37,611 nt of DNA from an uncultured Candidatus Saccharibacteria bacterium (lineage in GTDB: Bacteria > Patescibacteriota > Saccharimonadia > Saccharimonadales > JAGQNJ01), in assembly GCA_964617035.1 (NCBI GenBank), contig CAZTWB010000002.1:1-37611 (forward strand). The letters are read 5' to 3'. The translations under genes were made by a program, and so were the position numbers. Shown one piece after another: positions 25,470 through 32,529 of the stretch. The stretch's first letter is position 1. Each line of letters begins with the position of its first letter. The notes beneath the pieces are model-generated. The model worked only from the letters and a program-made list of their open reading frames with translations. It did no database searches and was not told the origin of the DNA.

Positions 25470-25688
25470 TTAATAGTTGACTGTTCGTGGTTGTGCGCCG
25501 TCAGCTGGGCCGATTAGTCCTTCGGCTTCCATTTGGTCTAGGATCTCCGCAGACTTTGCATAGCTGATTTTGAGATCGCGTTGCAGCAATGCTACTGAAG
25601 CTTGTTTCTTGAAGCCAATCAATTCTTTTGCTCGTCGATAGGTCTCATCGGGTGCGCAATTGTCCGCCGAGCCCCCATAATACGACAC
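25470..25688 (-). CDS. FtsK/SpoIIIE gamma (winged-helix) domain-only ORF: gene remnant or stand-alone protein
   Basis: DETYRRAKELI..KKQASVALLQRDLKISYAKSAEILDQMEAEGLIGPADGAQPRTV matches the FtsK C-terminal gamma domain. GTG start, with an in-frame TAG two codons upstream. No ATPase domain. Confidence 0.55.
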   Translation of the reverse strand: MSYYGGSADNCAPDETYRRAKELIGFKKQASVALLQRDLKISYAKSAEILDQMEAEGLIGPADGAQPRTVNY

Positions 25689-25732
25689 GGTCTAGGTCAT
25701 TTTGCAGGTGATTTATAAGAGGTAATAAATAG

Positions 25733-25787
25733 AAAAATGACCGGTCATAGGAACACGGTCTTTTTACCTCTTGCTGAGTTTGGCTCC
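25733..25787 (+). repeat. Direct repeat DR-L (att-like): copy of the tRNA-Asn 3' end (7 nt) plus its terminator/3' flank
   Basis: 25739-25787 is identical to 35546-35594 (49 nt). The match extends to 55 nt with one mismatch. Ends in TGGCTCC with no tRNA body beyond it. Confidence 0.85.
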
Positions 25788-25806
25788 CCGTAACGCTCAC
25801 GGAACA

Positions 25807-25884
25807 ATTACAGGTGTCGCGAGGCACAAAATGAGACAAATGAGACACGAAACACACATATTTTTCATGTCTCGTTTTTGTGCC
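25807..25884. repeat. Conserved intergenic element, copy B (core at 25833-25856) with its own imperfect 16/17-nt inverted repeat
   Basis: Same 24-nt core as copy A. Arms GGCACAAAATGAGACA (25823-25838) and TGTCTCGTTTTTGTGCC (25868-25884) are near-complementary. Confidence 0.8.
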
Positions 25885-26036
25885 GGGTTTTGCGAATAAA
25901 TATCGCAACTTAACACGCACAATGATTAATGCCGATCAATTGTTAGATGCAGCTTATCCTTGCCTAGTTCCAAACTGCCCTTTTCGGGTCGGCATGATTG
26001 CATAAAATAAACTCAGGTGACATAGTATTGTTCATA

Positions 26037-26651
26037 ATGAAAAATGTCTTCATGCTACAAGGCTTCAGTAAAGATCTGGCATTCGATGACCCAAGTCTAG
26101 ATTTGCTTCGTGAAGCCATGGCCGAACACGATATTCAATTACATGGTGTTGAAAACGGCTGGAAGGATTATGGTATTAGAAGCTTTGGTATGCGTGCAGT
26201 TGAGCAATACCATGACTATCCGTACAAAGGGATACTTATTGGGCATTCGCTTGGTGCCTTGGCTGCTTTAAGTGTCCTGGAATTTATGCCAGTGCGACAT
26301 CTTGTACTTTGTTCGCCCTCAGCACTATTTAGTGAAGATATAAAATCGGGTCTCGACCCTCTGGTTGCCGTCCGTATTGGGAAAAAACGTATACAGGAGC
26401 TATCGAGCTTTTCAGTGGCAGAGGCTGTCTCTAGTGTTAATCGGCTCGGTATGCCCACTACTATAATGTTTGGAGAAAGAGAGCGAGTATTGCACCCTCG
26501 CCTGGTTTCTCGTAGTTGTGAGCTCGCGGACAAGATTGTAAACGCAACTCTTTTAGAAGTGCCTGGTGCCGGTCACTCCATAGGAGAAAATCCATATGCA
26601 TTTGAATTGTCGGTGGTTATGGGTGCTATTGCTGACAGTATCAACGACTGA
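26037..26651 (+). CDS. Alpha/beta-fold serine hydrolase (small, ~204 aa)
   Basis: Nucleophile elbow GHSLGA and C-terminal PGAGHS His context. ATG at 26037 is preferred over the TTG at 25998. Confidence 0.6.
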   Translation: MKNVFMLQGFSKDLAFDDPSLDLLREAMAEHDIQLHGVENGWKDYGIRSFGMRAVEQYHDYPYKGILIGHSLGALAALSVLEFMPVRHLVLCSPSALFSEDIKSGLDPLVAVRIGKKRIQELSSFSVAEAVSSVNRLGMPTTIMFGERERVLHPRLVSRSCELADKIVNATLLEVPGAGHSIGENPYAFELSVVMGAIADSIND

Positions 26652-26772
26652 GTTTACTGTATATTCATGAGCACAACATCAGTATATTAACGTCATTAAT
26701 TGTTGCTATGCAGGTAGTGAATGAAAGTGAGGTGATCATAAGGATTATTGGTGTCAGCACAAGACTGGGCTA

Positions 26773-27423
26773 CTAATTGATTTTCCACCATTCAACAGCC
26801 TTCATCCCTAGATTCAAAGGTGATATGTACTTTGCGGCTTCACGTGGGTCATCATTAATGCTTCCATCATACGCTCGTCCTGCATTCGAGAAGCGAGATC
26901 TGATGCTTTCTTTTAGTTTTCTGAATTCGACGCTCTCCTTATCAAATGGCAGTCGCGAACTAAAGCTTTGGACAGGCTGAAAAAACAAGAATGTAGTATT
27001 GGGCTCGTGAACGTGGCGAGGATTGTCGGCAGAATATAATGAGCTGAAAACAATAGTAAATAAGCGTTGCCCTGATATAGTTAACTGCCAGCCTGGATCT
27101 TCTATATTTTCAGTGAATAAAGCTTCATCGCTGGATCCATCATTTATTTTTAGTGCATGGTAGATGGACCTAAAGCCGGCGGCTAAAGAATTCAAATCAT
27201 TACCGATTACATTGTTCGAGAAAGCAACAGCAAGGCCATCTGGTGCCGTCGTGATACCTTCTTTGACATAGGAAGAAATATCTTCGTAAAGCCTCGTGGT
27301 TGTCTCAGATTCACTAAGATCACCACTAACGGGTCGTGCAAATGTGATTTCTGCTGATCTGGCAAATGGGCAGTATGTTTCGGACTTAATAGTTAGGAAT
27401 ATGTTATTTAGTTGTTCGCTCAT
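26773..27423 (-). CDS. YqcI/YcgG-family protein (family includes heme-dependent N-oxygenase-type enzymes)
   Basis: Colinear with the family landmarks: TYCPFAR (vs YPCYFG), WQLTISGQRLFTIVFSSLY..NPRH......FLFFQP, IRSRF...RAYD, REAAKYI. ATGA overlap with AlaRS-like-1 (27420-27423). Confidence 0.7.
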   Translation of the reverse strand: MSEQLNNIFLTIKSETYCPFARSAEITFARPVSGDLSESETTTRLYEDISSYVKEGITTAPDGLAVAFSNNVIGNDLNSLAAGFRSIYHALKINDGSSDEALFTENIEDPGWQLTISGQRLFTIVFSSLYSADNPRHVHEPNTTFLFFQPVQSFSSRLPFDKESVEFRKLKESIRSRFSNAGRAYDGSINDDPREAAKYISPLNLGMKAVEWWKIN

Positions 27424-28583
27424 AAAGAACTCTGCATTAATTGAAGTAAACTAGACTTTATGCCAAATGTTGCATGCAATTCAGCTGGAGATAGGTCCGG
27501 ATTTTTTGCTTTGGTAGTAGTAATATTAGATAGTATGCGACGCAATGCATTTTCCTCTGACACCACTGCCTCCGTTATGATTGCTGGATTAGCTGCGTTT
27601 TCCAAGAAATCACCCATAGCATCTTTTACGCTGACAAAATCACCCGATTGTAACCAGACTGTCTCGATAAGTGATCTAATCATCTTTCTGAGTGCATACC
27701 CGTGCTTTTTTTTGCTCGGTACTAACCCCTCTGCGGTTAGTTCGTCTATAACACAGCAGATGTTAGCCATATAATGAGCATCACCGTCTGTTATGCCTTC
27801 AAATTGAGATTTGAATTGATCGGATAGATTCCTCCAGGTTCGCATTGAATGTTCATTGTCCCCAGTTAGGGCCAGTTCCAACCTGCTCATCCCAAGGCCA
27901 ACATCAAAAGCGTTATACTCAAATTCTCGTAGTTCACCTTTTTCAGTAACACCATCTATATGAACAATACGCCCAAGCTGTATGCACTCAGATAGCTCAG
28001 GCTCATTTTGATACCCTGTCTCGGAAAACCACGCAATAATACCACGCCCGTGTAAGTCTCCCTCCCCAAAACTCCACTCATGCTGCATTGCGCCCGGGTC
28101 ATCAAATATACGGACCTGCTCAGCAGCCAATGACGATTCTGCAAGTGCAGCATTTAATGCATGGCCTCCTATCGATGAGAAAATTAGATTCTGCTTATCT
28201 AGTCCAAGAGCGTCGAGTGTGTCCAAGAAGTAGTTTACGGCGTCATCGTGACCAATCTCGAAAACACCACTGCCTAACATTTCAAATAGCGAGGTGTAAT
28301 TAGTATTTCTACGCGCTGCTTCTGGTGTACCGCCCGTACCGCCTAGGCGTAAGCACCTCTGAGATAGCGCAAAGTTAGTAAACGCTAGCTCCCCGGAAAA
28401 CATTGGTTTGAATGGTGTTATGGTTGCATTCGTGAACAACAGAGTGGGGTCTTCAATTACGAGTGGAAATGATTCGTGGATCTCAAACCCGTTGTCGCGG
28501 TGGTATTCAAGAAATGATGATCTTGCGGATTCTATGCTATTCACTCCATTCACACTCCGAATTAGTAAGTACGCCGTACTCAT
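27420..28583 (-). CDS. AlaRS-like class IIc catalytic-core paralog 1 (387 aa, divergent, no editing or C-Ala domains)
   Basis: DPTLLFTNATITPFKPMF, SQRCLRLGG, TSLFEMLGSG, DVGLGMSRLELAL and GLVPSKKKHGYALRKMIRSL align with the AlaRS motifs. The GDxGPCGPCxE and EIWNxVFMQ blocks are replaced (GEGDLHGRGIIAW; IQLGRIVHIDG). Confidence 0.75.
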   Translation of the reverse strand: MSTAYLLIRSVNGVNSIESARSSFLEYHRDNGFEIHESFPLVIEDPTLLFTNATITPFKPMFSGELAFTNFALSQRCLRLGGTGGTPEAARRNTNYTSLFEMLGSGVFEIGHDDAVNYFLDTLDALGLDKQNLIFSSIGGHALNAALAESSLAAEQVRIFDDPGAMQHEWSFGEGDLHGRGIIAWFSETGYQNEPELSECIQLGRIVHIDGVTEKGELREFEYNAFDVGLGMSRLELALTGDNEHSMRTWRNLSDQFKSQFEGITDGDAHYMANICCVIDELTAEGLVPSKKKHGYALRKMIRSLIETVWLQSGDFVSVKDAMGDFLENAANPAIITEAVVSEENALRRILSNITTTKAKNPDLSPAELHATFGIKSSLLQLMQSSL

Positions 28584-28651
28584 ACTATATCATAAATATA
28601 TGATACCTCAAAAAATCTTGCTTATCACTGATGAATTACATGTTAATTCTA

Positions 28652-29266
28652 TCAGGCTATTGTCCAGAGTTTGCCCTGACCTATTTTTTCACTTGAAGTG
28701 CTTATGTGCCATGCAGCAGATTCTCCTAGTGCAACAAAAGGCCGATATGAGCCATCTTCCGACCATATTTTCTTTGCTCTATTGAATGATTTTTCGTTTG
28801 CATGCACAAGTACGCCAACTGGGACGATACCCCAACCTTGCTTGAGCTCAAAAGAGCCACCGTCTTCGTCTATGTAAAATTCGGATAAGGCCTGTGCGCC
28901 GGCACTCAATCCAGCAACGTGCACTCCTCTGCTAATTGCTGCTCGAAGGTGCTCAACAAGCCCCCATTCTTTAAACACTCTCAGTAAATTCTCTGTATCA
29001 CCCCCGCCAATGTAAATAACAGATGCTGAATCCAGTACATTGATAGCAAACTCTTTACCTTTATCTACTGTTGGTACTATTACATTATACTGCTTTCCAA
29101 ATACCAACCTGATTGCGTCGGCGTAATCTGTGTTATCACTAGATGCAAACCCGATAAATACAAACGTTGAACCCTTAGGTGATAACGAAAGAATTTCTTC
29201 ATCAATTATCTTTGTTTCTCTATTTCTGAGTTCACCGCCACCGATTAGGTATATATTGCTTCTCAT
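28652..29266 (-). CDS. Peptidase S51 family (PepE / cyanophycinase-like serine peptidase)
   Basis: IYLIGGG ... VIYIGGGDTENLL ... HVAGLSAGAQAL (nucleophile Ser in GxSAGA). ATGA overlap with the upstream oxidoreductase (29263-29266). Confidence 0.8.
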   Translation of the reverse strand: MRSNIYLIGGGELRNRETKIIDEEILSLSPKGSTFVFIGFASSDNTDYADAIRLVFGKQYNVIVPTVDKGKEFAINVLDSASVIYIGGGDTENLLRVFKEWGLVEHLRAAISRGVHVAGLSAGAQALSEFYIDEDGGSFELKQGWGIVPVGVLVHANEKSFNRAKKIWSEDGSYRPFVALGESAAWHISTSSEKIGQGKLWTIA

Positions 29267-30714
29267 ATACTATCTCTTACAACAGGATTTAGGTTGTTAT
29301 TCATTTGGGCGTTAGACCTGCAGATAGCGCTCATTATTTTAACTGGTATTTCATGCGTGTCTATATTTGATTTTACGTTTTCTAGCGTAATCTGACCAGT
29401 CATGAAGTCGATAAACTCACGAATAATACGATATTTTGTGTTCTCGATTGTTAGCCGATGAGTCTCCCCTCTGTGTTCAAGGTCCTGTGATGATATCTTT
29501 ATATAGGGCTTACCCTCACCATACATACCTATGTTTCGGAATACGTAGATATCAAAGTGATTGTTACCCCCGACGTCAAACTCGTTAATGTTGTCGATGT
29601 CATGTTCGTGCTTGGATTGATAATTATGAATCTGGATGCATTGGAACGGACCTTGTTGGATAATGAACTGCTGATGTTTAACGCGGCCGTTACCTTTATA
29701 AAGATCTTCATTTGGTGGCGCCCAGGATCGTCTCGAGAAACTGCTGTGAAGGAGGTTAATTGAGATATTGCAAATATTAACACCTTGTTTCATTAAACGA
29801 ATTATACTGAACGCATCTATCTCTCCGTAATCGGTAACTTTATCTAGATACTGTTCGTTTGTAAGGCCTGTTTTTTGGAATTGGTTGCCGAAGTACCTAA
29901 TATAATCGTCCTCAGTAATGCAGACATCTAGGCCAGCTGGGTTAAGTGTTGAAGAAAGTACTTCTATCCCATCTGGTTGCTTTTCTGGTACGAGACTAGA
30001 CTGATACAATTGCCAGGCCATGTCAAAGAGATGATATCCACTATGTGATATTTTACCAAAACCATCTGAAAGTCCGTGCGATTCTTGGGTGAGGACTTCT
30101 TTTGGAAATCGCCAGGATCCATCCGCATGCATAATCTGCATTGATGTTATCGGAACATTAAATTTTTGCGTAGTCTCTGAAATTAGCTCCTTTACCTTGT
30201 CGAATCCCTTGTCGTATCTTCTCTGTACGTTGATTGAAAAGAGTGTCTGTTTAGTAGGCCGATAGGATTGATAGAGTTCAAGTAGTTCGTAATAATCACT
30301 CAAAAGGCCCTTAGCTTCAGTCGTGTCAACGCTAAGCTTCTTGCGTGCAGATATTGGCTTGTCCATGAGTATGTTCAGTCCATTACTAAGCGCCCACGCT
30401 GCGTATGCTTTATGCGCAGTAGGTTCTGTTGAGATGATTACTCCTTTAATGTCAAATTTTCTTACTAGTGTGTCCAGTTTTGCTTTAACGTGACTTGGAA
30501 CTCCAGTGCTCACATCAAATGGATTGAGATACATCATATCAAGTTTGTATTTTTGTTTTTTAAGATAATCGTCGATAGTATCTTTTTGACCCAAAAGATC
30601 AACTGCTGCGACTAGACGCACGGGGAGATTTAATGCAAACGTAAACAATGCTGGTGCATATATGCGCCTAGCGTGCGGGCCAAGACCGATGAGTAGTACG
30701 TTAGAAGTTTCCAT
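29263..30714 (-). CDS. Gfo/Idh/MocA-like NAD(P)-dependent oxidoreductase with an extended C-terminal domain
   Basis: Rossmann start VLLIGLGPHARRIY, then GVIISTEPTAHKAYAAWALSNGLNILMDKPIS (an EKP-type motif written DKP). The ORF opens at 30741; the ATG at 30714 fits the family N-terminus. Confidence 0.7.
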   Translation of the reverse strand: METSNVLLIGLGPHARRIYAPALFTFALNLPVRLVAAVDLLGQKDTIDDYLKKQKYKLDMMYLNPFDVSTGVPSHVKAKLDTLVRKFDIKGVIISTEPTAHKAYAAWALSNGLNILMDKPISARKKLSVDTTEAKGLLSDYYELLELYQSYRPTKQTLFSINVQRRYDKGFDKVKELISETTQKFNVPITSMQIMHADGSWRFPKEVLTQESHGLSDGFGKISHSGYHLFDMAWQLYQSSLVPEKQPDGIEVLSSTLNPAGLDVCITEDDYIRYFGNQFQKTGLTNEQYLDKVTDYGEIDAFSIIRLMKQGVNICNISINLLHSSFSRRSWAPPNEDLYKGNGRVKHQQFIIQQGPFQCIQIHNYQSKHEHDIDNINEFDVGGNNHFDIYVFRNIGMYGEGKPYIKISSQDLEHRGETHRLTIENTKYRIIREFIDFMTGQITLENVKSNIDTHEIPVKIMSAICRSNAQMNNNLNPVVRDSI

Positions 30715-30784
30715 TTTTATACTATAATAGCGGTAGTGCATTTAGGTGCAAAGAGCACGGAGCATACCTAAAATATCTGAAATA

Positions 30785-30793
30785 TGTTATAAT
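30785..30793 (+). promoter_or_regulatory. Extended -10 promoter element TGTTATAAT upstream of the oxygenase-like gene
   Basis: TGnTATAAT consensus read at 30785-30793, ~40 nt upstream of the ATG at 30834, in the divergent intergenic region. Confidence 0.4.
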
Positions 30794-30833
30794 ACAAGAT
30801 ATCACATTGCACAGGTTAGGACAATTATAGTTT

Positions 30834-31649
30834 ATGGCTAATGCAGAAAATCAATGGAACGTAGTACATTTGGGCCAGGAAGATTCCGAGCAAGCATGCG
30901 CATTATTGCCTGAATTGGCAAGGAATGAAATTGCGGCGCTAAAAATAGGCAAGTTTTTGTGCGATCAAGAGCTGGTAGTCATCAAAGCAAACGTGGTATC
31001 CAAAAACATAGCGTGGTATGAAAATAAGACAAATCAACAGGGTAGAATTGGCATAAACGCTACTGGATTTAGCCATCTTCCTTGTGGCAAGCAAATGTAT
31101 TTTGAGGCCACACCGAAAGCTGAACAAGAACGAGATGAGATATTCGAAGGGACTCAGAGCCCTATTCATAAAATAATTGAATTCTTTGGCAGTGGGTTTG
31201 ATGCAAAAACGGCTACAGAGCCCGAGCTAGCAGAAGCGAGATACTTCACGGGCCTAATTCGTGCAATGGGCGCCAAAAGTACACTACACTTTGATTATGC
31301 CCCAAAGCAGCTTCCTGGCTGGAGTGTCGCTAATGCGGATGAACAATTTGGTCTTGTTTTGTATCTCCAGATGCCAGAAACGGGCGGAGAGCTAAATATA
31401 TATGATCATTCATGGGCTCCAGAAGACGAATGCTTTAACAATGATCATGTTGAAAAAGGTACATTTGGGTTTACAGAAGGTTTCTTAGGTGACACGCAAT
31501 ATGCTTCAGTACTGCCGTCAGAAGGCGATCTCGTAGTATTTAAGACTCGGAACTTTCACCAGGTCGCCGAGATCAATTCCGACAAGCCAAGATTGGGTCT
31601 AACTACATTCATGTCGCAGCGTGGCAGTACTCTCTCTTTGTGGAGTTAG
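30834..31649 (+). CDS. Fe(II)/2-oxoglutarate-dependent oxygenase-like protein
   Basis: Candidate facial triad HxD...H (TLHFDYA ... RNFHQVAEI) and basic residue (PRLGLTTF) in the expected order. No stronger family signature recognised. Confidence 0.5.
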   Translation: MANAENQWNVVHLGQEDSEQACALLPELARNEIAALKIGKFLCDQELVVIKANVVSKNIAWYENKTNQQGRIGINATGFSHLPCGKQMYFEATPKAEQERDEIFEGTQSPIHKIIEFFGSGFDAKTATEPELAEARYFTGLIRAMGAKSTLHFDYAPKQLPGWSVANADEQFGLVLYLQMPETGGELNIYDHSWAPEDECFNNDHVEKGTFGFTEGFLGDTQYASVLPSEGDLVVFKTRNFHQVAEINSDKPRLGLTTFMSQRGSTLSLWS

Positions 31650-31657
31650 CTTGCTAA

Positions 31658-32482
31658 CTAACGATTGTATGAATCGAAGAAATTCTTGAATTTCTTCATT
31701 ACTTCATTGGTAACAATCCCCACCCTACCGTCACCTACAGCCGTCTCTGTTATTTTTGTAACTGGCATGACTTCTTTACCTGTAGCAGTAATAAAGACTT
31801 CGCTTGCACTCAGCAGTTCATCGACCGTGAAATCACGTACTTTCACTTTTACGGATAAATCTAGATCATTTAATATAACGCTGCGCGTAATACCTTCTAA
31901 AATTTTCGTTTTAGGAGTTGTGAGAATCCCATCTATTAAGGCAAAGATATTAGACCTTGTTCCTTCTCGTACAAAGTTGTTCGAAAAGTAAATAATCTCA
32001 TCAATATCATGTGGGGCTGCATTCATAGCACGAATTGCCTGTACATAGTTGGTTGTCTTGGCTTGTGGCTCGTATCGATCAAACTCGCTAAGCAAAATAT
32101 GTACGCCATTTATATAATCTTCAAGCGGACATAGTATTCGAGGTTCGCTGATGATAATAATTGTGGGTGTGTCCGCAGGTGTAAGTGTGCCAGATGGGCC
32201 TCCAGAAATAATCACGCGCATGACTATATCTGTGCTGCCTAGATTATTCGCATCTACAGTCTGTAGTACCCAGTCAGCGACCTGATGTTTTGACCAAGGT
32301 ATATCTAGTGAGATAGCCTGACAAGAATTAAATAGTCTATCAAGGTGTCTGTCCATCATAAATGGTCGACCCCTCGTAGTAATCATAAACTCAAAAGCAG
32401 CATAGCCACGTGAGTAGCCAAGGTCACGGGGAGATATCAGCAAATGGTCATCATTGACAAGATGGCCATTTAAAAAGTGCAT
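31658..32482 (-). CDS. Class IV (fold type IV) PLP aminotransferase (BCAT / D-amino-acid aminotransferase / ADC-lyase family)
   Basis: DLGYSRGYAAFE, catalytic Lys context QAKTTNY, EGTRSNIF, ILEGITR, and FITATGKEVMPV. ATG at 32482 is preferred; the ORF opens at 32506. Confidence 0.8.
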   Translation of the reverse strand: MHFLNGHLVNDDHLLISPRDLGYSRGYAAFEFMITTRGRPFMMDRHLDRLFNSCQAISLDIPWSKHQVADWVLQTVDANNLGSTDIVMRVIISGGPSGTLTPADTPTIIIISEPRILCPLEDYINGVHILLSEFDRYEPQAKTTNYVQAIRAMNAAPHDIDEIIYFSNNFVREGTRSNIFALIDGILTTPKTKILEGITRSVILNDLDLSVKVKVRDFTVDELLSASEVFITATGKEVMPVTKITETAVGDGRVGIVTNEVMKKFKNFFDSYNR

Positions 32483-32529
32483 GTTTATCATATAAATACT
32501 ATACACCAGGCCTGAGCTGATGTAGTGAC

